The notes under the pieces are model-generated. The model saw nothing but the letters and a program-made list of their open reading frames with translations. It made no database searches and was not told the DNA's origin. The position numbers and the translations under genes were made by a program. From the NCBI GenBank assembly GCA_025340205.1, contig CP006868.1, forward strand, positions 120,001-152,000: 32,000 bases of DNA. The letters are read 5' to 3'. Of the stretch, positions 1-9,611 are shown piece by piece (within the stretch, counting starts at the first letter, position 1; each line of letters starts with the position of its first letter). The stretch is from Ignicoccus pacificus DSM 13166 (GTDB taxonomy: Archaea > Thermoproteota > Thermoprotei_A > Sulfolobales > Ignicoccaceae).

Positions 1-1
1 G

Positions 2-409
2 AGCGCTATAGTTTACTTGATAGATTCCACGATACTTTCAAAAGAAGAGAATCAGTTAGATCCCTACGCCTTCGCCTCTTTAGCCGTCTTGGGAGCTAGC
101 CTAAAGATACGTTTCAGATTACCTCAAGTAAACGTAATCAACAAGGTAGACCTATTGAGCATGGAACAAAGGTTCCAGCTCGATGCTTGGTTGGAAGACA
201 TGAGATCCATAGCCTACAGCGTGGGCGGAGAGGAGGGAACGTTGACAATTAGATTAATTGAGGCAATAGAGGACAGTGGGGGGATCGGCGAAATGCTGGT
301 GAGCTCAGCGGTTACCGAAGAAGGACTTGATTCGTTATACGCGGCGCTTCAGCGTTCCTTTTATGGTGGTGAGGACTACGCAACAGAGGAGCCATCAGCG
401 AGGCTGTGA
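2..409 (+). CDS. GPN-loop GTPase (XPA-binding/ATPbind_1 family), 5'-truncated by window edge
   Basis: Frame is open from base 2 (SAIVYLIDSTILSKEENQLDPYAF...LPQVNVINKVDLL); NKxD G4 motif (NKVD) and family-typical context. The tracked TTG start at 17 is probably internal. Confidence 0.8.
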   Translation, partial: SAIVYLIDSTILSKEENQLDPYAFASLAVLGASLKIRFRLPQVNVINKVDLLSMEQRFQLDAWLEDMRSIAYSVGGEEGTLTIRLIEAIEDSGGIGEMLVSSAVTEEGLDSLYAALQRSFYGGEDYATEEPSARL

Positions 410-412
410 AAA

Positions 413-1306
413 ATGAGCGAGGTAATGATTAGCTACAAGGAGTTAGAAAAGAAATTGGACGAAATAAATGCAAAAATGAAGGAGTTAAGGAAGAAGAGGA
501 AGGAACTAGTAGAGAGGGTTAGAAAGCTTAGAGAAGAGAGAAGAGCACTCATTGAAAGGAAGAAGAAGGAAGTGGAGAGAATAAGGGCCCTCAGAGAAGA
601 GAGAAGGGTGAAGGTCGAGGAGGTAAGGGGGCTAAGGGAAGAGAGGAGGAAGACCAGAGAAGAGCTGAAGAAGACGCTAGAGGAGATAAGGAAGCTCAAG
701 TCTACCGTCATGAACAGTAAGACGATAAGGTCTCTAGACGCCATAAAGAAAAGGATTCAATACTTGGAATGGAAGCAACAGACGAGTGTTCTAACAAGAG
801 AGGAGGAAGAGGAGCTGATAAGACAGATAGCTAGGTTGGAAGAGCTATTGGAGAAGGCACTGGAGGTGGAACAAGCTAGAAAGAGGTTGCTCGAACTAAG
901 GGCAGAGCTCGCCAAGTTGAGGATACTCCTAAACGATTACGATCAAATGATCCGTAAGAAGTCGTCGGAGATAAGTGAAATAGATGAGAGGATAAAGAAC
1001 GTCCAAGAAGTCATAGAAGAACTAAACAATAAGATAGATTCCCTCACTCCAAAGATCCAAGAACTTTCGGATGAGATAAGCAAGATAGATGAGGAGCTAG
1101 CTAGATTAGAGGAAGAGAAACAGAAGACGGCTGAGGAGTTAAAGAGACTCAACGAGCTAATGAAGAACAGCAAGGGTCTAAGACTCTTAGAGGAGCTCAG
1201 GAAGAGGGCACAGGAGAAGATGGCGAGGGGAGAGCCACTCACCTTCGAGGAGTTCAAAGCGTTGATGGGGGAGGGAATTGAGGAGGATCTTGGTGATATC
1301 GGTTGA
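413..1306 (+). CDS. archaeal coiled-coil protein (COG1340-like)
   Basis: 297-aa ORF, almost entirely charged heptad-type coiled coil; starts 3 nt after the upstream stop. Confidence 0.8.
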   Translation: MSEVMISYKELEKKLDEINAKMKELRKKRKELVERVRKLREERRALIERKKKEVERIRALREERRVKVEEVRGLREERRKTREELKKTLEEIRKLKSTVMNSKTIRSLDAIKKRIQYLEWKQQTSVLTREEEEELIRQIARLEELLEKALEVEQARKRLLELRAELAKLRILLNDYDQMIRKKSSEISEIDERIKNVQEVIEELNNKIDSLTPKIQELSDEISKIDEELARLEEEKQKTAEELKRLNELMKNSKGLRLLEELRKRAQEKMARGEPLTFEEFKALMGEGIEEDLGDIG

Positions 1307-2387
1307 CGTCGATGATGATTTTGGTCGTGTTGGTATAAAGACTCCTATACTCGGTCGTGACAACGTAATTCAAGCCGCCGTGGAGTTCGGGATAAGGAAA
1401 CCGGAGGATTCAGACCTCAACGCTGCTTTCGCGGCAGTTCAGATAGCGGACTCCTTAAAGTCCAAAACAATGGATACCGAGGTAGCCATAGTAACCGGAA
1501 GTCCCAAGGGAGGAGTAGAGGCAGATATGGAAGTCAGGAGACAAGTACAAGAGGTTCTGAAGCAATACCCTGCGGATGGCATAGTAATTGTTACCGATGG
1601 ACCCGAAGACGAGAAGATAATCCCAATAATACAAGACCTAGCACCAATAATTTCTACCCGAAGAGTGATAGTCGAACAATCAAAAAACTTGGAGCAGACA
1701 TATATGCTATTTAGTAAGATGATAAGAAAAGCTATTGAGGAGGAGAGGTTCAGTAAGTATACATTAGGAATTCCCGGTTTAATGATCCTCGTGTTTAGCC
1801 TCTTGAGCTTGAGCGGCCTCGTAGCCTATACTATACCGATACTGAGCACCTTACTCGGACTCTTCATGGTAATAAAGGGGTTCGGTATAGATGAAGCGGT
1901 AAGTAATTGGTGGAAGAGTAACCCCATATCCTTGGCAGCTACCCTCATAAGTGCCACATCCTTCTTGATAGCGCTAGTCCTAGCTTACCTCACCGTGAAC
2001 CAGTACGGCGGAATAAACGTCCGCTCAGTTTCGGCACTGATAACCAACGCGCTGCCCTACTTCAGCATAAGCGTAGCAGTGTTAATAATAGCCAAGATGG
2101 TAGATAAGATAAAGGAGAAGGACGTAACTCTATGGAGGGACGCAGTAGTTCTGGCATCTCTAGCGGCGGCGACGGTAGTGCTGGTAAAAGTCGGATCCAT
2201 ATTAGCTTCCTTGCCGCCTAACGTGAGCTACGGTGAGATGGCTAGGAGGATACTGGAGAGTGATGTTCCGAGGACGCTAGTGTATGCAGTCCTAAGCGTG
2301 ATAGGCCTTGCCGGAGCTATGGTACTCATGGAAAGATGGGTCATTGAGAGGGAGGAGGATGAGCAGAGGCGCCCGGAGCAGGCTTGA
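1278..2387 (+). CDS. DUF373 family predicted membrane protein
   Basis: 369-aa ORF; N-terminal RRILVISVDVDDDFGRVG...GSPKGGVEADMEVRRQ domain followed by multiple TM segments; TTG start overlapping the upstream gene. Confidence 0.85.
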   Translation: MRRILVISVDVDDDFGRVGIKTPILGRDNVIQAAVEFGIRKPEDSDLNAAFAAVQIADSLKSKTMDTEVAIVTGSPKGGVEADMEVRRQVQEVLKQYPADGIVIVTDGPEDEKIIPIIQDLAPIISTRRVIVEQSKNLEQTYMLFSKMIRKAIEEERFSKYTLGIPGLMILVFSLLSLSGLVAYTIPILSTLLGLFMVIKGFGIDEAVSNWWKSNPISLAATLISATSFLIALVLAYLTVNQYGGINVRSVSALITNALPYFSISVAVLIIAKMVDKIKEKDVTLWRDAVVLASLAAATVVLVKVGSILASLPPNVSYGEMARRILESDVPRTLVYAVLSVIGLAGAMVLMERWVIEREEDEQRRPEQA

Positions 2388-3261
2388 CGAGCTTGTAGGT
2401 GGCCTTAATTCCACATTCCTCCCATGCCCTTACCGAAGCCTCTCCGGCCTTTTCATCCCCTAGGATCATGACGCTGGGTCCAGCGCCAGAGATGGTAAAC
2501 GCTAAGGCGCCGGCCTTCTTGGCCTCTTCCTTAACCTTCTCATAGCAAGGAATTAATCTCGCTCTGGCTGGAGTTACCACGGGATCCATCTCGAGTCCTC
2601 TAGCCAACAATTCCATATCGTTGTTCAAGAAGCCGTTTACCACAGCTAAGGAACCCGCCACCATCTCGACTGCGTCCTTGAGGGCTATTTGGGCGGGTAG
2701 GACCTTCCTCGCTTCCCCCGTCTTCCCTTCTGGGACCTCATGCCAAGGGGTAGCTACTACGAACTTTACATTAGGCATTCCCAATTTTACAACCTTCAAA
2801 GGATTATACATCACCATAACTAAGCCTCCCAAGTAGGAGGCGGCCACGTTGTCTGCGTGAGCCGATCCGGTAGCGAACCTCTCTCCTTCAGCAGCTGCTT
2901 CAACAGCCTTGTCCCAAGGTAAGGATTGACCCAAGAGGAGTTCCACGGCCTTCACGGCAGCAGCTGCGGTGGCTCCGGAGGATCCCAATCCTCTTCCCGG
3001 AGGCACGCCCTTGTGAATCCATACCTCTAGTTCCATGTCCTCTCCCAAGAATTCAAGTGCCTTTTTTATTGCTGGAATAGCGTTGTTGTTCTCCTTTGGG
3101 ACATCAAAGGGTCCGGTTAGCTTCGTTACGGAGGTCTCCTTACCAGGCCTTACGCACACGATGTCGTAGTAAGCGTCGTGAGCTATCGCTAAGACGTCGT
3201 AGCCCGGTCCCAAGTTGGCGCTACTGGAAAACGCCCTTGCACAGACCCACACCCCAAGCAC
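2341..3261 (-). CDS. thrB: homoserine kinase (GHMP kinase)
   Basis: ARAFSSSANLGPGYDVLAIA N-terminus and PPGRGLGSSGATAAAAV ATP-binding motif; TISGAGPSV near C-terminus. GTG start at 3261 or 3252. Confidence 0.88.
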   Translation of the reverse strand: MLGVWVCARAFSSSANLGPGYDVLAIAHDAYYDIVCVRPGKETSVTKLTGPFDVPKENNNAIPAIKKALEFLGEDMELEVWIHKGVPPGRGLGSSGATAAAAVKAVELLLGQSLPWDKAVEAAAEGERFATGSAHADNVAASYLGGLVMVMYNPLKVVKLGMPNVKFVVATPWHEVPEGKTGEARKVLPAQIALKDAVEMVAGSLAVVNGFLNNDMELLARGLEMDPVVTPARARLIPCYEKVKEEAKKAGALAFTISGAGPSVMILGDEKAGEASVRAWEECGIKATYKLVKPAPGASAHPPPSQ

Positions 3262-3278
3262 CGTTTCAAGGTGATTAA

Positions 3279-3294
3279 GGGTGTATATACACCC
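3279..3294. promoter_or_regulatory. perfect 16-bp palindrome GGGTGTATATACACCC containing a TATA box for thrB
   Basis: TATATA lies about 20-25 nt upstream of the thrB start on the minus strand (leaderless-type spacing); flanking GGGTG/CACCC make it self-complementary. Confidence 0.55.
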
Positions 3295-3353
3295 TGCGAC
3301 TCAGACAGCCACCGCTTCCCCATCCGGAAAATCGGGAGTGGTCGGGATGCTCT

Positions 3354-4616
3354 TCATCGCCGAACGAAGGGTACCGTCGCTTTCATTAAAGCTCTGAGCT
3401 TGTGTTCCGTCTCTTCCCACTCCCTTTCTGGAACGGAGTAGTAGACTATTCCGGCTCCAGCTTGGGCCCTTAGTCTACCATCCCTAGCGAAGAACGACCT
3501 TATGGTTATGGCGAACTCTGCATTGCCGGAATAATCAACGAACCCTACGGCTCCGGCATAAGGTCCTCTTTGATGTTTTTCCAAGGAGCCGATGATCTCC
3601 ATGGCAGATGGCTTCGGGGCACCGCTTACAGTGCCCGCGGGGAAGGTAGCCTTTAGCGCGTCCACGGCGTTGAACTGGGGATCTAACTCTGCCTCGACCT
3701 TACTCACTAAGTGCTGAACGTGGCTATACTTCTCGATAAACATGAACTCTGAAACCTTAACCGTACCGGGTAAAGCCACCTTACCCAGATCGTTCCTAGC
3801 CAAGTCCACTAACATCAAGTGTTCGGCCCTCTCCTTCTCGTCGCTCTTCAACTCCTCCTCCAGCCTTATGTCCTCCCATGGATCGGAGCCTCTAGGCCTA
3901 GTGCCCGCTATAGGAAAGGTCTCCAACCTCCCGTTCTCTACTCTATACAAGAGCTCCGGGCTAGCTCCTATAATTTCCCCAGACTTGAGCCTTAAGTGAA
4001 ACATGAAGGGGGAAGGATTTATCTTGGCCAATTCCTCGTAAAGCCTTCTCAAATCTCCTTTGTATTCGAAGGTGTAGGACTTAGAGATCACGACTTGTAT
4101 CGCTTCTCCCTCCTCCTCCAGCCTTCTAATTTCCTCTACCCATTCGATGAACTCCTTTCTATTGACGTCGAGCTTAGGCTCACTAAGAATTAGCTCACCA
4201 GATCTACCCGATTCAAGCTTCCTTTCCCCGCAGATCCTAGCGACGCCTAATATGTGGTCATAGATCACGAAGCTCTTAGGGACCACGAACTCTCCTCTAG
4301 GCCATCCCATGTCGTTAACTCCCTTGTGCTTAACGTCTTCCCAACTCTCCACGGCCTCATAGCTGACGTATCCAACGGGGCCACCCTTGTACAAAGTTCC
4401 GGTGTCCAAAGGACTGCCTCTGCTCAGTTCTTCTAAAGCAAGAGCTACATCATCCTTGATTATTACGTCGTGCTCTGGATCCCAGCCTACTATGCTTATC
4501 CTCGCCTTCCTCTCCGGTCCCTCCCTACTCTCTAATAGGAAGGAAGGTCCCTCCAGCGCGTTAAAGAGTTCCATGGGCTTCGGTATGGAAGATATCGGCA
4601 CCTTCTCGCACTTCAA
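3354..4616 (-). CDS. trpE: anthranilate synthase component I
   Basis: 420 aa; [54 protein letters not shown] motifs of the chorismate-binding family. Confidence 0.92.
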   Translation of the reverse strand: MKCEKVPISSIPKPMELFNALEGPSFLLESREGPERKARISIVGWDPEHDVIIKDDVALALEELSRGSPLDTGTLYKGGPVGYVSYEAVESWEDVKHKGVNDMGWPRGEFVVPKSFVIYDHILGVARICGERKLESGRSGELILSEPKLDVNRKEFIEWVEEIRRLEEEGEAIQVVISKSYTFEYKGDLRRLYEELAKINPSPFMFHLRLKSGEIIGASPELLYRVENGRLETFPIAGTRPRGSDPWEDIRLEEELKSDEKERAEHLMLVDLARNDLGKVALPGTVKVSEFMFIEKYSHVQHLVSKVEAELDPQFNAVDALKATFPAGTVSGAPKPSAMEIIGSLEKHQRGPYAGAVGFVDYSGNAEFAITIRSFFARDGRLRAQAGAGIVYYSVPEREWEETEHKLRALMKATVPFVRR

Positions 4617-4688
4617 CGTATTATGCCCTAGCCCTACTCGCGGATGGGAGACTTAACCTCTAGCGGACCAAGGCCTCATGAGATCGAA

Positions 4689-4694
4689 TATAAA
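4689..4694 (+). promoter_or_regulatory. TATA box for the uL15 gene
   Basis: TATAAA 34-39 nt upstream of ATG 4728. Confidence 0.5.
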
Positions 4695-4727
4695 GGCTCC
4701 TCCGGTCCTCCACGGGGGTACTGAAAG

Positions 4728-5174
4728 ATGGTCGTCAGAAGGAGGAAGAAGAGCAGGAAGCTGAGGGGAAGGAGTAGGACCATGGGATGGGGTCAGATAG
4801 GTCAACACAGAAAGAGCGGTGCTAGAGGAGGATTCGGCAACGTCGGAATGCACAAGCACATGTGGACTTGGGTAACTGCTAAGAGCCCCGGTTACTTCGG
4901 CAAGTACGGATTCAAGCTACCTCCCGAGGACAGAGTAGAATTCGTGGAGATAAACGTCGACATGCTTGATGAGATCGCGAGGAAGACCGGTAGTAACACC
5001 ATAGATCTAGCCGCCATGGGCTACAACAAGCTGCTCGGTAGGGGAAGGGTCAAGGGAGCTTATACCGTAATAGTCGCTTACGCTAGTGAGAAGGCATTGA
5101 AGAAGGTCTATGAAGCCGGCGGCAAGGTGCTAACTCCTGACGGAGAGGAGCTGAAGCCTGAGGCAGCTTCCTAA
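4728..5174 (+). CDS. rpl15: 50S ribosomal protein L15 (uL15/L27Ae)
   Basis: VVRRRKKSRKLRGRSRTMGWGQIGQHRKSGARGGFGNVGMHKHMWTWV is the typical archaeal L15 N-terminus. Confidence 0.93.
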   Translation: MVVRRRKKSRKLRGRSRTMGWGQIGQHRKSGARGGFGNVGMHKHMWTWVTAKSPGYFGKYGFKLPPEDRVEFVEINVDMLDEIARKTGSNTIDLAAMGYNKLLGRGRVKGAYTVIVAYASEKALKKVYEAGGKVLTPDGEELKPEAAS

Positions 5175-5234
5175 CGAACCTCATGAAGTTCTAAATGCCC
5201 TAGCACAGAGCCTTTCTTCTGGGTCACAGCCATC

Positions 5235-5528
5235 GTGTCTTCTATAATTAGAACGGTAACGGTGCTCGTCTCAAGCGTGTTCACGAACAATACAGTAAAG
5301 GAAGTAACTAAGACGGTATCTCCGTTGAACGCTACGGCGGTACAAATAGTAGAGAAAATAGTGAGCTACGTAACTCTAACGAAGACCTTGATCACCACGG
5401 TAACTAAGGAATGTACAGGAGTCTATAGTGCCATTCTGATAGTCTTCATACTCTTAGCACTTATAATATGGAGGACATGTAAGAAGAAGAACAAGAAGAT
5501 CCATGAGCCTTATCCTTCCTTGCTCTGA
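5235..5528 (+). CDS. small Thr-rich protein with C-terminal transmembrane anchor, unknown
   Basis: 97 aa; TVT/TKT-rich ectodomain, then YSAILIVFILLALIIW TM and RTCKKKNKK basic tail; GTG start, no upstream in-frame alternative. Confidence 0.5.
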   Translation: MSSIIRTVTVLVSSVFTNNTVKEVTKTVSPLNATAVQIVEKIVSYVTLTKTLITTVTKECTGVYSAILIVFILLALIIWRTCKKKNKKIHEPYPSLL

Positions 5529-6667
5529 GCCATCTCAAACCCCTCCTTCGCTCTCTTTAGCTGTGCTCCGACTACCTTCTCGAATATCTCGAAAGCTTCT
5601 TCGGGTGTGAGTTCCCTGGGCTTTGGCAACTTCTCTATCCATATGCTCTTATACATCTTATTCACTTTGCTCCCCTCTAAATCGTTGCCGTCTAAGCTCT
5701 TCTTTATCTTGTACATCTTCTTCCCGAGTATTGGACTGAACCTCCACATATGCATCTCTAGGAACTCCTCCCAGCTTATGCCATAGTCGTGTTTCTTGTA
5801 TGATGCTTTGATGGCACTCTCTATGAGACCCGGATCTTCCACAAGCTTCCAGTCCTCTTCTGTAAATTCATGTAGCGCTCTGTAGGGACAGAAGGCGCAA
5901 GCTACCCTAGGAAGTCCCATCAAGTAATCCGGGTGAACCAAATCAATTTCTCTAGTTACTTTGACGACATCTATGAGCGTTAACAAGTATATAGGCCTCA
6001 CTCGTGCTCCGTCGAAGGCCCTTAACTTTGAGGCCTTGAGCCTCTTAAACCTCTTCAGTGACTCCAACATCCTCTCTCCGTCAGCCCTAGCGTAACCCTT
6101 CATCTCCTTCAATACCTTCTTTATTGGTCTAACTTTCATGAACGTGCACCATCTGTTCCCCCGAAAAGGCATTCCCTTTTCCAACATGCTTTTCATTATA
6201 TCCTTATCGGCCTCGAGGGGTATCAGCTTGACTCCGAGCCTCTCCGCTGCCCTCTCGACGAAGTCCTTGTTTCTCTCGGGCTCTAGGTAAGAGACGTGGG
6301 AATAGAGCAAGGTGACGTCGGCTCCAGCGTCTACTAAGGCCTTGGCTGCGGCGACACTATCCTTTCCTCCCGAGAAGTTGAGGACGACCTTCAGTCCCTC
6401 CGGTATCTGGCTCCTAAGCCAGTTGGTGTAAGAACTCCAATTCCACGCGACGGAGGAGTAGGGCCATGAGATGTCCTCCACTAGCCTAGGGTAGTTCAGC
6501 ACCTCTCCATCGACTTCCAGCACCGGCCACTTCAAGTAATCGTTTATCTTAACGGCTTTCTCTGAGGTTATCCACATATAGTGATTGGAATTAATAACAG
6601 TGAAATCGGACGAGGAAATCAACCAAGCCTTAATCCTCCCCTTTTTGATGTAGGGATACCTTTCCAC
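5510..6667 (-). CDS. phosphoadenosine phosphosulfate reductase family (COG0175) PP-loop protein
   Basis: VVLNFSGGKDSVAAAKAL PP-loop; NRWCTFMKVRPI and CAFCPYRAL cysteine motifs. Confidence 0.82.
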   Translation of the reverse strand: MERYPYIKKGRIKAWLISSSDFTVINSNHYMWITSEKAVKINDYLKWPVLEVDGEVLNYPRLVEDISWPYSSVAWNWSSYTNWLRSQIPEGLKVVLNFSGGKDSVAAAKALVDAGADVTLLYSHVSYLEPERNKDFVERAAERLGVKLIPLEADKDIMKSMLEKGMPFRGNRWCTFMKVRPIKKVLKEMKGYARADGERMLESLKRFKRLKASKLRAFDGARVRPIYLLTLIDVVKVTREIDLVHPDYLMGLPRVACAFCPYRALHEFTEEDWKLVEDPGLIESAIKASYKKHDYGISWEEFLEMHMWRFSPILGKKMYKIKKSLDGNDLEGSKVNKMYKSIWIEKLPKPRELTPEEAFEIFEKVVGAQLKRAKEGFEMAQSKEG

Positions 6668-6723
6668 CCCGCAGTCCCTGCTCTTTTCAAGGCCTCCCCT
6701 TAAAGGTAGGGAGTGGTGTTCCC

Positions 6724-7482
6724 TTGGACCTCTACTACGGTACTTGTGGCTTCCCTCGATCTAAGAAAAAGCTAAGAGAAATGGTAAACGCCGTGGAAGT
6801 ACAGCAGACCTTCTACAAACCTCCTTCCTTGGAAACCTTGAGGAAGTGGAGAGAGGAACTTGGAGAGGAGATGAGGATACACTTGAAGGCTTGGCAACTG
6901 GTAACGCATCCTCCCACTTCCCCTACGTACAAGAGGGTGGGAATAAGGATCCCAAAGGAAAAGGTTGACAAGTACGGTTTCCTCAGGTTGACTGATGAAG
7001 TGAAAGAGGCGTGGATGAAGACTGTGGAGTGTGCTAAGGCCTTGAGAGGAGATTTCATCGTGGTTCAAACTCCACCTTCGTTTGGCTATAGCGAAGAGAA
7101 CGTTAGGAGAGCAAGGGAGTTCTTCAAATGGGCGAGGAAGAGTTGGGAGCGTATAGCATGGGAGCCTAGAGGCACTTGGAGAGAGCACCTAGATGCGGTC
7201 AAGAAGATAGTGGAGGAGACCGGGGTGATTCACGCAGTGGATCCTTTCCGCCTTTGGCCTCCACGGAGCGGCACCGAAATTCTCTATCTAAGGCTTCACG
7301 GGAGGGGTGGTAAGGAAGTAAACTACCGCTACAAATATACTGACGAGGACTTGAGGGAACTCGCTGAGATGATAATAAATGTAAAGCCTAATGAGGCACA
7401 TGTAATGTTCAATAATGTGTATATGCTTCAAGACGCTTTAAGGTTCAAGGAGTTATTTGATAAATTAGCAAGGGAGAACTAA
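6724..7482 (+). CDS. DUF72 family protein
   Basis: YYGTCGFP...VEVQQTFYKPPS...LRKWREE, FVVVQTPPSF-like, YLRLHGRGG motifs typical of DUF72. Confidence 0.88.
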   Translation: MDLYYGTCGFPRSKKKLREMVNAVEVQQTFYKPPSLETLRKWREELGEEMRIHLKAWQLVTHPPTSPTYKRVGIRIPKEKVDKYGFLRLTDEVKEAWMKTVECAKALRGDFIVVQTPPSFGYSEENVRRAREFFKWARKSWERIAWEPRGTWREHLDAVKKIVEETGVIHAVDPFRLWPPRSGTEILYLRLHGRGGKEVNYRYKYTDEDLRELAEMIINVKPNEAHVMFNNVYMLQDALRFKELFDKLAREN

Positions 7483-8190
7483 GGTTCCTATTTCTTCACC
7501 TCTCAACGCTTTGATCACGTTATCGATCTTAGTACCGTCAAACACCCTAACGCTTACTTTCTTGGATATCCTCGAGAGCTCGTCGAGCTTCTTGTACATT
7601 CCTCCGGTTACGTCTATACCTTCACTCCCCTTTGCCTCAACTTCACACGCTCTCACGACCTTTAATGGTCCCTCACCTTCTTTGGGTGGCCAATGCTTGA
7701 AGATTCCAGGAACGTCTGTCGCCATCAGAATTCTGTCAGCCCTCAGCTTTCTAGCTAGCTCAACCGCTAACTCGTCACCGGAGACAACCCTACCCTCGGG
7801 GACTAGGTTTCCTTGGATTATTGGTATCCAACCAGCGTCTAGGGCGGCTACGAGAGGCTCTACTACTATCCCGCCGTTAACCCACAAGGAAGGTGTTGAG
7901 TGTGCCACGAAGGGCTCACCCATAAGCTCCACTACTCTTGCCGTCATCTTGAACATAGTGTTGACGACTTCCCATCCATGACTCCTAAGGTCTTTACATC
8001 CTTCAAGGATCTCCTTGACTTTCGGGTGTCCGTAACTACCGCCACCGTGGATTATTATCAAGTCCAGCGGATTTTCTTTTAGAAAGTTTCTCAAGGACTC
8101 TCCTAGCCGCTTAAGGTAATCTTCGTTCAAGCTATAGGGCACTTTCTTATTGCTAATTACACTACCTCCCAGCTTCAGTATAACTACCAT
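7465..8190 (-). CDS. isopentenyl phosphate kinase
   Basis: VVILKLGGSVISNKK...IIHGGGSYGHPKV...VSGDELAVELA...GIDVTGGMYKKL (amino-acid-kinase fold, IPK-type His). ORF opens at 8202, but ATG 8190 follows GGGAGGA and is the better start. Confidence 0.88.
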   Translation of the reverse strand: MVVILKLGGSVISNKKVPYSLNEDYLKRLGESLRNFLKENPLDLIIIHGGGSYGHPKVKEILEGCKDLRSHGWEVVNTMFKMTARVVELMGEPFVAHSTPSLWVNGGIVVEPLVAALDAGWIPIIQGNLVPEGRVVSGDELAVELARKLRADRILMATDVPGIFKHWPPKEGEGPLKVVRACEVEAKGSEGIDVTGGMYKKLDELSRISKKVSVRVFDGTKIDNVIKALRGEEIGTLVLPC

Positions 8191-8352
8191 TGTTCCTCCC
8201 ACATCAGAGGTTTCATGAAGGTTTTTGTATGTGATAATACGCTTAGGATGAAGCGATGATAATACTTAGGTTCTACAAAAGAAGTACAAGAAAAGTATTG
8301 AGTGCTTGTGGTTGTACCGTGATCCGGACTAGAAAACACAGGGACCAAAAAA

Positions 8353-8580
8353 TTGCTCTTAGATGCTATAAAGAATCACCTAAGCTGGCATGTAATGGAA
8401 GAAGAGGAGGCCCTTAGGAGGGCCTTCCTCTGGGAGATAATAGAACTGAAGAGCTTGGGAAACCTCTACGTCATAAGGGCTAGGGGATGCGACCCGGAGA
8501 AGATCAAACTCTTCAAGGATGTCTTGAGAAAGATGGGATTCAAGAAGCTGAGTAAGAGAGTTGTCGTTTACTGCGAATGA
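8353..8580 (+). CDS. small hypothetical protein (75 aa)
   Basis: ORF only, TTG start, charged; overlaps the priS 3' end by 41 nt. No family recognised. Confidence 0.35.
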   Translation: MLLDAIKNHLSWHVMEEEEALRRAFLWEIIELKSLGNLYVIRARGCDPEKIKLFKDVLRKMGFKKLSKRVVVYCE

Positions 8581-9592
8581 TTTCGACGAGAGATTTAGTA
8601 GCCAAGAACACAGCTATAGCTCCGTCCAACTCAGCTCTCTCGTCCTTCTTTAGGTTAATCCTTTTGCCAAGCACTTCTATGTCCATATTGAAGAGGGATC
8701 TAACTTCTATGGGGATTTTGTAGAACGGACTTAGGTGCGGACCATACTTGAAGGAACCTTTTACCTTTGTTACCCTCAGGCCACTCTTCCCATGAAGGGA
8801 ACCGGGAACCCTTAACAACCTACTAGTATCGACGGTAACTTGCTCGTCTACATCTATTTTTGCTATAAGTATAGCCTTTGAGATGAGCTCTTCTGGATCA
8901 ACGTTCACTTCGCCCCAAGTGCTGACTCCAGAGGGCAACAGCCTCCTCAAGGCCTCCCCCAGCCTTCCTCTCCATCCAGGGTCCTCAGGGCTCGGTATCA
9001 AGCAATTGGATTTGGTACACAAGTCCAAGTTCAAGTGATTACCAGTGATGAAATCGACCATCTCCCTCCGGACGTCAGAGCCTTGATCGTCGTAAGGAGT
9101 ATTCCTAGCTATTACGTGGAACCCTCTGTTCCCTGAAAAGTGCACCTCTATGTTCGATTCCTCTATTCCGAAATACCTCTTTAGTACCTTTACCAGCTTC
9201 TCTGCCTCCTCTAGTCCTCTGTAGATACAATGCTTAGATACAATCGGTAGGGGTTTAGAGCAATTTCCCTCCGCCTCCTTGCTAGGTACGACGCTATCCT
9301 CGCAGATTACGTACATTCCTTCACATCCTTCGAAGTGATCTACATCTATGTCGAATTGCAAGTCAGCCCTTCTCCACCCTTTCTCATCCATCCTAGGGGC
9401 ATCGGGCCTATCGTAAGAGGCCGTGGAGATGTAGACGTGTGCCGCCCTCTTGGATATTATGAGCTTTCTCAGCTCGTCTTCCGAGCTTACTGCTAGGTGC
9501 CTTACCATAACCCCATCAAATGTGTGTAAGGCCACCTCCCTTTGCTCGAAGTCCTCTGGAAGACTTAACGAAGCCCTCTTGTAATATTCCAT
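8540..9592 (-). CDS. priS: DNA primase small (catalytic) subunit PriS
   Basis: DLQFDIDVDHF catalytic acidic motif, HFSGNRGFHV motif, LLRVPGSLHGKSG. ORF opens at 9643, but MEYYKRASLSLP (ATG 9592) is the likely start. Confidence 0.9.
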   Translation of the reverse strand: MEYYKRASLSLPEDFEQREVALHTFDGVMVRHLAVSSEDELRKLIISKRAAHVYISTASYDRPDAPRMDEKGWRRADLQFDIDVDHFEGCEGMYVICEDSVVPSKEAEGNCSKPLPIVSKHCIYRGLEEAEKLVKVLKRYFGIEESNIEVHFSGNRGFHVIARNTPYDDQGSDVRREMVDFITGNHLNLDLCTKSNCLIPSPEDPGWRGRLGEALRRLLPSGVSTWGEVNVDPEELISKAILIAKIDVDEQVTVDTSRLLRVPGSLHGKSGLRVTKVKGSFKYGPHLSPFYKIPIEVRSLFNMDIEVLGKRINLKKDERAELDGAIAVFLATKSLVEIIRSKRQLSYSAS

Positions 9593-9611
9593 AAAGAGAC
9601 TTTGAAGAGTA

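Noticed and set aside
433-1257. Long minus-strand ORFs (433-744, 943-1257) rich in Ser/Leu/Phe
   Set aside because: Antisense shadow of the coiled-coil gene's AAG/GAG-rich codons.
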